A DNA stretch of 37,883 bases from Pelagibacteraceae bacterium. Its GTDB lineage: Bacteria; Pseudomonadota; Alphaproteobacteria; GCA-002720895. Under the pieces are notes generated by a model. It saw only the letters and a program-made list of their open reading frames with translations. It ran no database searches and had not been told where the DNA came from. Shown one piece after another: positions 1 through 9,339 of this stretch (positions within the stretch are counted from its first letter, which is position 1; each line of letters starts with the position of its first letter). The stretch covers positions 1 through 37,883 of the forward strand of contig PBIP01000015.1 of assembly GCA_002720895.1 (NCBI GenBank). Reading direction: 5' to 3'. A program made the position numbers and the translations under genes.

Positions 1-541
1 AAAAAAATATCTAAAAAATTCATTCATGCACAATTATATTTATATAATAATTTGTATAGAAGTGAAATTAATAAGCTTTTATTTCCTATAAAGTTTTTTT
101 TTCCAAAAATTATAGAAAAATTAATAAGTAGACTTGTAGTTTTGCAAATTTATTTACCTTCGTCACAATCATCTAAAATAACTTTTAAATATAATGCATC
201 TAATCCTTACGTGTTTGATTTGGAGGAAGAAATAAATAAAAATACACCAAAATTAATAAAAAAAGTTCTAAAAAAGATTAAAATGAATAAAAATATCACT
301 GGTTTATATCCATTAACTTTTTTAAATAAGGTATTGCCTACAGGACAAAGTTTTCATTCTGGAGGTACACTGCCAATGAGTAAAAAAAAAAAAAACAAAA
401 TTATGCTCTGATATTTTAGGAAGACCTAATAATTTAAAAAGAATACATTGTATAGATGCTAGTGTTTTGCCAAGTATACCTTCAACAACCGTAACACTCA
501 CAGTAATGGCAAATGCATTTCGAATTGGATCTAAAGCATAG
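1..541 (+). CDS. GMC-oxidoreductase-like flavoprotein, C-terminal part (5' end outside window; frameshift in A14 run at 382-395)
   Basis: Frame +1 is open from base 1 to GQSFHSGGTLPM. After the poly-A run, frame +2 reads LCSDILGRPNNLKRIHCIDASVLPSIPSTTVTLTVMANAFRIGSKA* (TAG 539-541). This matches the H..G..PM / D.SV.P / T.TVMA.A.RI pattern of the GMC C-terminal domain. Confidence 0.7.
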
Positions 542-544
542 TTT

Positions 545-619
545 TGGTGACCCCTACGGGACTCGAACCCGTGTTGCAAGAATGAAAATCTTGAGTCCTA
601 ACCGCTAGACGAAGGGGTC
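545..619 (-). tRNA. tRNA-Glu (anticodon UUC), CCA encoded
   Basis: Reverse complement folds as GACCCCT/AGGGGTC acceptor stem, CAAGA-TTTTCAT-TCTTG anticodon arm, ACGGG-TTCGAGT-CCCGT T arm and an ACCA end. Confidence 0.97.
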
Positions 620-666
620 ATTAACTTTAAAATATATTTATTAAGCTATTTTATAAATATTATCAA

Positions 667-2472
667 CTATATAATATCTTTTTCTAAAACTCCATCTTCT
701 ATAATTATTTGAAATTCCTTTTTATTTTGCCAAAAAGATCTCTTAATGACACCGGCCAAAGAGAAGAAATTTCCCTTAAAAGAATTTAAAATAGTTTTGC
801 CCAATTCATTATCTAACCCATTAAAAAAGATTGCTTTTATAGTTTTTTTTGTACCATCACTAACAAAAAAAGATATATGTTTTTTTGTTTCGCCAACTAA
901 TTTAGGTTTTATAATTTTGACTTTTTGAAATAAAAATATTGGTTTTGGGTTACCTAATCCATAGGGCCCAATTTTTTCTATACCTTCCATCAAATCTTCA
1001 TTTACTGATTTTATAGTTATTACCTCATCTATATTCAGAATTTTTTCGCGATTACTAACTTTGTGGTTTTTTTTTACAAAATTTTCAAAAAAAGATTCAA
1101 AAGTTTTTAAGTCGTTCTTATTAATTGATAAACCTGCAGCCATTTGATGCCCTCCTCCATTTAAAATTATTTTTTTTTGTTTTGCTTGTAATATTAGAAA
1201 ACCAATATCGATACCAGAAACAGATCTTCCCGAACCTTTAAAAATATTATTGTCTTTTTTTGTTAATATTATGACAGGTTTGTGATATTTATCCTTAATT
1301 CTGCTTGCAACAATACCGAGAACTCCTTCATGCCAATTTGAGTTAAAAATAAAAATAGAATCTTTTTTAAACTTTTTTTCTTTAATTATTTGGTTAATAG
1401 ATTCATTATAAACCTTTTCCTCTATTAGTTTTCTTTGGTAGTTTAGTGTATTTAGTTGATTAACTAATATCTCTAATTCTTCTTCATTATTTGTAATTAA
1501 TAATTTTTCACCAATATCGGATTTACCTACTCTGCCTCCTGCATTTATTCTTGGCCCAAAAAAGAATCCTAAATCCTCTTCATCAGGTTTTTTGCTAAGT
1601 AGGCTAATGTCGCTTAACATTTTTAAACCAATATTTTGACGTCTCGATAAAATTCTAAGACCTTGAAAAACAAAAGCTCGATTTAATCCAATTAATGGAA
1701 CAACATCACATACTGTTGCAAGAGCAACTAAATCTAGCATGTTATTTATATCTATCTTATTAGAAGATTTATAATTTTTTAATTGAAATATTTTTTGTAA
1801 GTAATTTATAAAAATAAATGTTAAACCAGTAGAACAAAGAAAACTGTGTTCAGATTTATCGTGAATACTATTTGGATTTATAAAAGCAAAAACATTTTTA
1901 TGTTCATCATTAGATTTATGATGATCAATGATTATTAAATCAATTTTTTTTTTTTTAATATAAGAAATTATATCGTGTGAATTAGTTCCACAATCAACCA
2001 TTATAAGCAAAGATGTTTTTTTTGATTTGATAATATCTATAGCTTTCAAATTGGGGCCATACCCTTCATTTATTCTATCAGGTATATAAGAAAATGTATT
2101 AACGCCAAAAAAGTTAAAATATTTTTTTAAAATAGCTATTGAAGAAAGTCCATCTACATCATAATCACCTAAAATTGAAATATTCTCCTTGTTTTTGATA
2201 GCATTAAAAACCCTCACACTAGCTTTTTTTAAATCATTAAAAATTGTAGGATTAGGTAAATATTTTTCTAACGTAGGTTCAAGAAAATCGTTAACATTGT
2301 TTGCATCAAATATTCTTAAAGATAATAAATTAGAAACAATATTGTTTAATGAATATTTTTGAGAAATATTTAGGGATAATCTTCGATTGGGTTCATTTTT
2401 CACCCAAAAGTTATTTAATAAAGAATTACTAATTCCAAAAAAAGATTTTTCTTTTTTAAATTTTAAATTCAC
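667..2472 (-). CDS. recJ: Single-stranded-DNA-specific exonuclease RecJ
   Basis: GDYDVDG, DCGT, IDHH, ATVCDVVPL, GPRINAGGR and GGGHQMAAG motifs (DHH/DHHA1). Confidence 0.97.
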   Translation of the reverse strand: MNLKFKKEKSFFGISNSLLNNFWVKNEPNRRLSLNISQKYSLNNIVSNLLSLRIFDANNVNDFLEPTLEKYLPNPTIFNDLKKASVRVFNAIKNKENISILGDYDVDGLSSIAILKKYFNFFGVNTFSYIPDRINEGYGPNLKAIDIIKSKKTSLLIMVDCGTNSHDIISYIKKKKIDLIIIDHHKSNDEHKNVFAFINPNSIHDKSEHSFLCSTGLTFIFINYLQKIFQLKNYKSSNKIDINNMLDLVALATVCDVVPLIGLNRAFVFQGLRILSRRQNIGLKMLSDISLLSKKPDEEDLGFFFGPRINAGGRVGKSDIGEKLLITNNEEELEILVNQLNTLNYQRKLIEEKVYNESINQIIKEKKFKKDSIFIFNSNWHEGVLGIVASRIKDKYHKPVIILTKKDNNIFKGSGRSVSGIDIGFLILQAKQKKIILNGGGHQMAAGLSINKNDLKTFESFFENFVKKNHKVSNREKILNIDEVITIKSVNEDLMEGIEKIGPYGLGNPKPIFLFQKVKIIKPKLVGETKKHISFFVSDGTKKTIKAIFFNGLDNELGKTILNSFKGNFFSLAGVIKRSFWQNKKEFQIIIEDGVLEKDII

Positions 2473-3406
2473 TTTTTATAAAATTAATTTTTTTTGATTT
2501 TGAAGAAACTAATAATGAATGTGTAATAAATTTTTTTTTATTTTTTTTAACTCCATTTAATAAATAACCATTGGTAACGCCCGTGGCAACAAAAATAGAA
2601 TCTTGTTTTATAAGATCTTTTATTTCATATTTTTTTTTTAAATTTCTTATACCCATTTTTAACGCCCTTTTTTCTTGTGATTTGTTATTGAAAATTAATC
2701 TGCACTGCATTTGCCCACCTAATGATTTTAATACTGAAGCTGCAAGCACACCTTCTGGGGCCCCACCTATTCCAACATATATATCTATATTAAATTTTTT
2801 TATTGCTGTTGAAACAGCGCCAAAAATATCACCATCTGGAATAAGAAATTTCTTACATTTCTTTTTTTTTATCACTTCAAAAATATTTTTATGTCTAGGT
2901 CTATCTAAAACACAAACTACTATTTCGCTAACACTTTTTTTTTTTAATTTAGCTAGTTTTTCTATTACATTTTCAAATGGTTCGTCTAAATCTAAGAAAT
3001 TATTTGGTAAATTAGGTCCGACTGCTATTTTTTCCATATACACATCTGGCGCATATAAAAAGCTATTTTTATTTCCCATTGCAATAACTGTCAAAGCATT
3101 TTTTTTATTATTAGCTGTAATTTTTGTTCCTTCAAGAGGATCAAGGGCAATATCAAAATTTAATTTACTAGATCCATTTCCTACTTTTTCACCAATATAA
3201 AGCATTGGTGCTTTATCCCTCTCTCCTTCACCTATAACTATAGTGGCATTAAAATCTAATTTATTTAATTCTGTTCTCATTGATTCAACTGCAGCTCTAT
3301 CAGCAGAAGTTTCATCTTTTTTACCAATATAATCATAAACAGCTATAGCTGCTAACTGAGAAACTTTTAATAATTTGGAATTGTAATGAAATATTGTTTT
3401 TTTCAC
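2456..3406 (-). CDS. glpX: Class II fructose-1,6-bisphosphatase
   Basis: VIGEGERDKAPMLYIGE, DPLEGT, APDVYMEK and GIGGAPEGVLAA motifs. Confidence 0.96.
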   Translation of the reverse strand: MKKTIFHYNSKLLKVSQLAAIAVYDYIGKKDETSADRAAVESMRTELNKLDFNATIVIGEGERDKAPMLYIGEKVGNGSSKLNFDIALDPLEGTKITANNKKNALTVIAMGNKNSFLYAPDVYMEKIAVGPNLPNNFLDLDEPFENVIEKLAKLKKKSVSEIVVCVLDRPRHKNIFEVIKKKKCKKFLIPDGDIFGAVSTAIKKFNIDIYVGIGGAPEGVLAASVLKSLGGQMQCRLIFNNKSQEKRALKMGIRNLKKKYEIKDLIKQDSIFVATGVTNGYLLNGVKKNKKKFITHSLLVSSKSKKINFIKSEFKI

Positions 3407-3428
3407 ATTTTGATTTTACATGATTATT

Positions 3429-4721
3429 TTATACATGTAAAACCTGCATAATTATTGAATCTTGTTTAACAAATTTACAATTATTCAAATTTGATGCAGC
3501 TAAATTTATGAAACTCTTCTTACATTTATGAGTAAGAATTACAACGTTAAATAGTTTTTGATTTATTTGTTCTTGAAATAAAGATTTTATTGAAATTTTG
3601 TAATTTTTAAGAATTGTTGTTATAGCTGCTATTGCTCCTGGTTTATCATAAATTTGTGCTCTTATAAAAAAAAGATCTTTATTTGATAAGTTATTAGAAA
3701 TTTTTATTTTTCTTAAATTTTGATATTTTATACCATACATAAAATCATTTTTATCTTCAAAATGTATATTTAATATATCAGAAACAACTGACATTGATGT
3801 TGGGTCACCGCCTGCTCCTTCTCCAACAAGTATAGTTTTATTATTATTATTTGAATCAATAATTATTGCATTTAAATTATTATTAACATTTGATAATTCT
3901 TTTTCTTTTGAAATTAGAAAAGGCTCAACAACAAGCTTTAATTTATTTTTTTCTAGATAACATATACCAAGTAATTTAATTCTATATCCTAATCTATCAG
4001 CGTAAAAAACATCGTCTTTCCTTAAATTATTAATCCCAGAAAATACGACCTTTTTTAAATCTATTTTTTTATTGAATGCAATTGTAGATAAAATTAAAAT
4101 TTTATGTAAAGTGTCTAAACCATTTAAATCATCATCTGGTTTTTGTTCAGCATATCCTAATTTTTGTGCCTTCTTTAAAGAATTTTTGAATTGATTTTTT
4201 TCTTCAAGCATATTTGTTAAAATATAATTTGAAGTTCCATTTAAAATTCCTGTTATTTTATTAATTTTTATTCCATTAAAATTTCTTTTTAATGTTGAAA
4301 TAATTGGTATTCCTCCTGCAACAGAAGCTTCAAAGCCAATTTTTACTTTATTTTTTTCAGCTAATTTAGCCAGTTCGTAGCCATCATTAGCTATAAGAGC
4401 TTTATTGGCAGTAATTAAATTTTTATTATTTTTTAAAGCTTCAAAACATATTTTCTTTGCTATACCCTTATCTCCACCTATTAATTCTACTACAGTATCA
4501 ACATCCTTTTGTTTGATCATTTCCAATGGATTAGAAAACCATTTATATTTATTTTTTTTGAAATTTCTTTTTTTAGATTTATTTTTTGCGAATATTCCAA
4601 CTATATTAATTCGTAAACCTGACTTCATTAAAAAAATATTTTTATTTTTTTCAATTAAATTAATTGTTGAAGAACCAACTGTGCCCAAACCTGCAATAAC
4701 AATGTTGTAGTTTTTTATCAT
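3429..4721 (-). CDS. hom: Homoserine dehydrogenase with C-terminal ACT domain
   Basis: GLGTVG, TANKALIA, FEASVAGGIP, GILNGTSNYIL, GEGAGG motifs and ACT-type DKPGAIA. Confidence 0.96.
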   Translation of the reverse strand: MIKNYNIVIAGLGTVGSSTINLIEKNKNIFLMKSGLRINIVGIFAKNKSKKRNFKKNKYKWFSNPLEMIKQKDVDTVVELIGGDKGIAKKICFEALKNNKNLITANKALIANDGYELAKLAEKNKVKIGFEASVAGGIPIISTLKRNFNGIKINKITGILNGTSNYILTNMLEEKNQFKNSLKKAQKLGYAEQKPDDDLNGLDTLHKILILSTIAFNKKIDLKKVVFSGINNLRKDDVFYADRLGYRIKLLGICYLEKNKLKLVVEPFLISKEKELSNVNNNLNAIIIDSNNNNKTILVGEGAGGDPTSMSVVSDILNIHFEDKNDFMYGIKYQNLRKIKISNNLSNKDLFFIRAQIYDKPGAIAAITTILKNYKISIKSLFQEQINQKLFNVVILTHKCKKSFINLAASNLNNCKFVKQDSIIMQVLHV

Positions 4722-4733
4722 TGTAGAAAGGTC

Positions 4734-5930
4734 TTAATATTTGATAAAAATTTCAGCTCTTCTATTTGCAGCTTCTAAACTAGGCATAATTTCAGCATAC
4801 AAAGGTTTTGCATCTGACATGGCTACAAGTTCAATATTTTTTGAATTTAGACCTATAGAAGAGAATTGTCTCATAACTTTTCTAGCTCTTTCAAGTGAAA
4901 TATTAAAATTTACTAAAGCATGTTCTGTCAAATCCATATCATAGTTGGTTCTGCTACTTGCATGGCCAACAATAACAATTTTTTTTCCTTCATTTTGTAT
5001 AAATAAATTTGCTACATTTTTAATTTTTGAAATATCATCATTTGATAGTTGAACCGAGCCATGGTTGAATGTCACTCTTGCAACAGGGACTTCTCTATCA
5101 CCTATAGTTGTTTTTGTAATTTCTGTTTCTTTATCTATTATCACCTGTTTTGATATCTCCTCATTGACATTTTTTTTCTTTTTGATTGCAACTTCTTCTT
5201 TCTTAATTATTTTTTCTTTTTTTATACTTGAAGATTTTAATCCTAAAATTTCATCAATATCTTGAGGGGTATAATATAAATCATTCTTTTTTATTTTTTC
5301 CTCAACTTTATCTATTTTTTCTTTAGTATCTATATTTTTTAATTCTTTTGCCAAAGCGTGTAATTCATATTCTTCTTGCGTCATATTTGGGTCATTTGTA
5401 CTAGGCGCGGGTTTAAAATTCTCAATTTCATTTAATTTTGAATCTAAAATATTTCTAATAGAAGAGTCTGGATCTTTATATAAATTATTCTCAAAATTTC
5501 TTTCTTTAGTTTCATTAAATGATGTTTGCACATCAGGAGCTTGAATTTCTTGTGTTTTAACAGAAATATTAGGCATTGGTTCTAATTGAGATTTACCTTC
5601 AATACTTTTTATTATCTCATTTTGTTCTTGTTCAGAAATAGTTGGATCAGGTCTATTTGGTACATCTGCTAAATTTGGGTAATCTTCTATATTGCCTTGA
5701 TTTTTTATGTCTCCTTGTAAACCTTCTTGTGATGAAATATCTTTCTCATCTTCAATGTAAACTCTTTCCATAACAATATCTTGTTCTTTTTCCTGTTCTT
5801 GTTCTTCAGAGTTATTACCTTCGATATTTTCATTCTTTTTTTCAGATCTTGAAATGAGTTTATCGTTTACCAATGAACAATTGGTGAATAAAAAAACTGA
5901 ACTTAATAATAATATTTTTAAAAAATTCAT
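4734..5930 (-). CDS. OmpA-like domain lipoprotein with long acidic N-terminal linker
   Basis: Lipobox-like LFTNC, E/Q/N-rich low-complexity middle, and C-terminal OmpA_C pattern (F..GS..L, IVGHAS, N..ISLERA, NRRAEI). Confidence 0.8.
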   Translation of the reverse strand: MNFLKILLLSSVFLFTNCSLVNDKLISRSEKKNENIEGNNSEEQEQEKEQDIVMERVYIEDEKDISSQEGLQGDIKNQGNIEDYPNLADVPNRPDPTISEQEQNEIIKSIEGKSQLEPMPNISVKTQEIQAPDVQTSFNETKERNFENNLYKDPDSSIRNILDSKLNEIENFKPAPSTNDPNMTQEEYELHALAKELKNIDTKEKIDKVEEKIKKNDLYYTPQDIDEILGLKSSSIKKEKIIKKEEVAIKKKKNVNEEISKQVIIDKETEITKTTIGDREVPVARVTFNHGSVQLSNDDISKIKNVANLFIQNEGKKIVIVGHASSRTNYDMDLTEHALVNFNISLERARKVMRQFSSIGLNSKNIELVAMSDAKPLYAEIMPSLEAANRRAEIFIKY

Positions 5931-5939
5931 AAAGATTAG

Positions 5940-6464
5940 TTAATAATTTTTATTCAAATTTACAAGATATTCTTGAGATAATTTATAGTATCTGTCTGCT
6001 GATTTCCTTATAAATCTTTTTTCATTCGAAGTTAGCATTCTTAAAAATTTAGCAGGTTTACCAGCCCATAATTCGCCTGTTTTTATAACTTTTTTTTGAG
6101 TTAAAAGAGATCCAGCTGCAAGCATAGAGTTTTTTTTAACAATAGCTCCATCTAGAATTGTTGAAGACATCCCAATTAGTGAATTATTCTCAACTTTACA
6201 ATCGTGTATTACGCAATTATGTCCGATCGTAACGTTAGATCCAATTTGGGTACCATGGCCTTTAGTAGTACAATGTATCATTGTTAAATCTTGTATATTG
6301 GTATTTGAACCAATTGTAATTTTTTCAACATCTCCTCTTATAACCGCATTAAACCAAATATTTGTTTTATTTCCTATTTTTACATCGCCAATTATGTAAG
6401 CTCCAGGAGCTACAAATATCTTTTTTTGTAAATTTGGTAATTTTTTTTTATAACTTAAGAACAT
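5940..6464 (-). CDS. Gamma carbonic anhydrase family (YrdA-like) hexapeptide-repeat protein
   Basis: IIGDVKIG, IWFNAVIRGD, NIQD..IH, GH..IH and WAGKPAK motifs. Confidence 0.92.
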   Translation of the reverse strand: MFLSYKKKLPNLQKKIFVAPGAYIIGDVKIGNKTNIWFNAVIRGDVEKITIGSNTNIQDLTMIHCTTKGHGTQIGSNVTIGHNCVIHDCKVENNSLIGMSSTILDGAIVKKNSMLAAGSLLTQKKVIKTGELWAGKPAKFLRMLTSNEKRFIRKSADRYYKLSQEYLVNLNKNY

Positions 6465-6518
6465 ATTAATTAATGTAATAAATTAATAAATATTTATTAA
6501 TTATTGATTATATTGAAT

Positions 6519-7526
6519 TTATGGAAAATTTGGGTTAAATTCTAAACCTTCATTTTCTTTAAAATTATATTTTAAATTCATATTTTGTATAGCTTGTCCT
6601 GCTGCTCCTTTAATTAAATTATCTATAACAGAGATTATTATTATTCTACCTTTAATTCTATCTGGAAAAATATTAAAAAAACAGTTATTAGTTCCAACGA
6701 CATCTTTAATTAGCGGAATTTGATTTTTTTTAAGTATTTTTAAAAAAATAAAATCTTTTTTTTCAAACAATTTTCTTATAGCTTCGATTTTCTTTCCTTT
6801 TTTTAACTTAACATAAATATTAGATGATATTCCCCTATTTATAGGTACAACTTGGGGTGTAAAACTAACATTTATTTTCTTTTTTCCTGAAATTTTTGCA
6901 ATGCATTTCTCAATTTCAACTAAATGTTTATGATTTGAAATTTTATATGGTTTTATCGAGTTACTCAATTCGCTAAAAAGATTTTCGGTAACACTCTTTC
7001 TTCCTGCTCCTGTGATCCCTGATTTCGAGTCTATAATTATATTTTCTAATTCTATAAAATCTTCCTTTATTATGGGTGTTAAAGGAGACAATATTGATGT
7101 GGGATAACATCCAGGATTTGAAATATTCTTTGCTTCTCCTGTTATATCGGAGTCATCTAAATGATCTGCTAGTCCATAAATCCATTTTCCATTACTTTTA
7201 ATTAAAGAATTCTCTCTAAAATCATTTGATAGATCAATTACACACACACTGTTTGGAATTTTTTTTATTATTTTTTTACTTTCACCTGAGGGAAGACATA
7301 AAAAAATAACATCTATATTTTCCCAATTAACTTCGGAAAATTTTGATAATTTTGGGTAGTTTTTGAAATTCAAACCAGGGTAAAAATCGGATATTTTTTT
7401 TCCATAATTTGATTTGGAAATTAAATACTTAATCTCTACTTTCTTATGAAAAGTTAAAAGTCTAATCAGTTCTATACCTGTATACCCTGTAGATCCTAAT
7501 ATTGCAACATTTAGTCTAAATTTCAT
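6519..7526 (-). CDS. argC: N-acetyl-gamma-glutamyl-phosphate reductase
   Basis: GSTGYTGIEL, NPGCYPT (catalytic Cys), SGITGAGR and DNLIKGAAGQAIQNMN motifs. Confidence 0.96.
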   Translation of the reverse strand: MKFRLNVAILGSTGYTGIELIRLLTFHKKVEIKYLISKSNYGKKISDFYPGLNFKNYPKLSKFSEVNWENIDVIFLCLPSGESKKIIKKIPNSVCVIDLSNDFRENSLIKSNGKWIYGLADHLDDSDITGEAKNISNPGCYPTSILSPLTPIIKEDFIELENIIIDSKSGITGAGRKSVTENLFSELSNSIKPYKISNHKHLVEIEKCIAKISGKKKINVSFTPQVVPINRGISSNIYVKLKKGKKIEAIRKLFEKKDFIFLKILKKNQIPLIKDVVGTNNCFFNIFPDRIKGRIIIISVIDNLIKGAAGQAIQNMNLKYNFKENEGLEFNPNFP

Positions 7527-7589
7527 AATACCTTTTACTTAAAATTAATTCAGATATAAGCTTGTTTTATAAAAATTTAAGGAAAATTT

Positions 7590-8027
7590 TTATCGTTTAG
7601 AAAATTGAAAACTTCTTCTAGCTTTTCTTCTACCGTATTTTTTTCTTTCTACTACCCTGCTATCCCTTGTGAGTAACCCATTTTTTTTTAAAGCAACTCT
7701 AAATTTAGGATCGTAACTGACCAACGCTCTAGATATAGCTAATTTAATTGCACTGGCTTGACCTGATAAACCACCGCCCTTTACAGAAACCTTAACATCA
7801 AAATTATTATTATTTATAGTTTCGAAAGGTTTGTTAATTAGCATATTAAACAATGGTCTTATAAAATATTTATTCAGTTCTTTTTTATTTACCTTTATAT
7901 CACCTTTACCGTTAGGTATTAACCAGACTCTTGCAATAGAATTTTTTCTTTTTCCAGTTGCATAAAGATTATTTTTCGGCTTTTTTTCTACCGTTTTTTC
8001 AATTGTTGTATGTTCTGTTTCAATCAT
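7590..8027 (-). CDS. rpsI: 30S ribosomal protein S9 (uS9)
   Basis: [20 protein letters not shown] and [27 protein letters not shown] at 8027 preferred over the TTG at 8054 that overlaps rplM. Confidence 0.97.
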   Translation of the reverse strand: MIETEHTTIEKTVEKKPKNNLYATGKRKNSIARVWLIPNGKGDIKVNKKELNKYFIRPLFNMLINKPFETINNNNFDVKVSVKGGGLSGQASAIKLAISRALVSYDPKFRVALKKNGLLTRDSRVVERKKYGRRKARRSFQFSKR

Positions 8028-8037
8028 TTTTAGTTTC

Positions 8038-8490
8038 TTAGTTATTGTGTTCAATGGTTACTGGATTATTAGCAGTATGCGGATGTTTCTCACTAGAATA
8101 TATATAAAGGTTTTTTAGTTGTTTTCTTGATAAAGGACCTTTTTTTAACATTCTTCTTACCGCATCTTTCAAAACTAACGTTGGGTTTTTACTGTTTAAA
8201 ATATCTTTATAAGTTTTGTTTTTAATACCTCCAGGATATCCAGTATGCCAATATTTTTTTTTATATAATTTCTTTCCTGTAAGGATTATTTTTTTTGCAT
8301 TTATAACTATAATCTTATCTTTAATACATTCATTATCTGTATATGAAGGTTTGTGTTTTCCCATTAATCTTATTGCTAAGAACGAAGATAATCTCCCAAG
8401 TATTTGATCTTTAGCATCTATTAAAAACCATTGATTGGTAAGATTTGGATCTGATTCAACTGTATTTTTTTTAATTTCTTTGTTAATCAT
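8038..8490 (-). CDS. rplM: 50S ribosomal protein L13 (uL13), divergent
   Basis: W.LIDA....GRL, L.GKHKP.Y, HTGYPGG and AVRRML motifs; directly upstream of rpsI. Confidence 0.95.
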   Translation of the reverse strand: MINKEIKKNTVESDPNLTNQWFLIDAKDQILGRLSSFLAIRLMGKHKPSYTDNECIKDKIIVINAKKIILTGKKLYKKKYWHTGYPGGIKNKTYKDILNSKNPTLVLKDAVRRMLKKGPLSRKQLKNLYIYSSEKHPHTANNPVTIEHNN

Positions 8491-8503
8491 TTTAATTTTC
8501 AGA

Positions 8504-8531
8504 AGTATGACATAATAAATTTATCTGTCAA
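8504..8531 (-). promoter_or_regulatory. Candidate sigma70 promoter of rplM-rpsI
   Basis: Minus strand reads TTGACA-N16-CATACT with TG upstream of the -10 box (extended -10), 13 nt before the rplM ATG. Confidence 0.6.
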
Positions 8532-8555
8532 TTATGTAATATTAAAAAACTAATA

Positions 8556-8870
8556 TTAAATTGTATTATTTTTTACCCAGTTTCTAAAAGCATTATTTGT
8601 TTCATATGTTGGTAATGCAATGATAGAAGGGCATTCATATGGATGATTTGACTCTAAAAATTTAATTAATGGTTTAACATTTTTTTTATTAGTTTTAAAA
8701 CTTAATTCAATCTCTTTTTCATCACATATCTTGTTTTTCCAAATAAATATAGAATTAATATCATTATTTATATTAACGCATGCTGCTAACTTATTATTTA
8801 TAACTTTTCTTGCAATTTTTTTTGCTTGGGTAATATTTTTATAAAAAGAATAGACAATATATATTGCCAT
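8556..8870 (-). CDS. cutA: Divalent-cation tolerance protein CutA
   Basis: LAACVNI, SIFIW...I..E.E and HPYECPSI motifs. Confidence 0.93.
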   Translation of the reverse strand: MAIYIVYSFYKNITQAKKIARKVINNKLAACVNINNDINSIFIWKNKICDEKEIELSFKTNKKNVKPLIKFLESNHPYECPSIIALPTYETNNAFRNWVKNNTI

Positions 8871-8881
8871 TTTATTTAATG

Positions 8882-9310
8882 CTAAAATGAATTTTTAATA
8901 TTTCTTAAGTCGCTTAAAAGTTCTTTTAATATTTTTTTGTTTTCGTTATTTAAATTAGTCGATGAAGTTTTATCAGAAGTTTTTTTCTCAGCTAAAACAT
9001 TTTTCTTCTTTAAAATAGGGTCTTTGCTTTTTAAAATTTGATTAATAGTTTGATTTCCAAAAATTTTTTGAACCCCTTTTATACTTATACAATCTTCATG
9101 AAGTAAACTTTTTATATATCCTATCAATTGCACATCAATTTCTCTATAATACCTTCTCTTGCCAGATAATTTCATAGGAGAAAGTTGCTTAAATTTGCTC
9201 TCCCAAAACCTTAATACATGTTGTGGTAATTTATAGTTCAATGCTACTTGATTAATAGTTTTAAATTTTTTAATTGATTTCAAGACATTAACCTCTTTAT
9301 CAAATATCAT
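8882..9310 (-). CDS. MerR-family HTH regulator (ihfA-associated)
   Basis: TI..VA..LPQHVLRFWESKF and RRYY motifs; usual position after ihfA in Alphaproteobacteria. Confidence 0.9.
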   Translation of the reverse strand: MIFDKEVNVLKSIKKFKTINQVALNYKLPQHVLRFWESKFKQLSPMKLSGKRRYYREIDVQLIGYIKSLLHEDCISIKGVQKIFGNQTINQILKSKDPILKKKNVLAEKKTSDKTSSTNLNNENKKILKELLSDLRNIKNSF

Positions 9311-9339
9311 ACATAAATATATGATAATAACAAATATTT

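Noticed and set aside
322-579. 85-aa minus-strand ORF
   Set aside because: Starts inside tRNA-Glu and runs antisense to the GMC C-terminus; a shadow ORF.
2571-3200. 209-aa plus-strand ORF, and similar antisense ORFs over recJ, hom, hppA, glyA, dctP, dctM, rnc, spoT and folK
   Set aside because: Each lies opposite a well-supported gene, is F/I/L/S-rich as expected from reverse-complemented Lys-rich codons, and has no motifs.
5770-5815. Imperfect TTGTTC/CTGTTC tandem run
   Set aside because: Simply encodes EQEQEKEQ low-complexity protein; not a CRISPR array or a clean VNTR.
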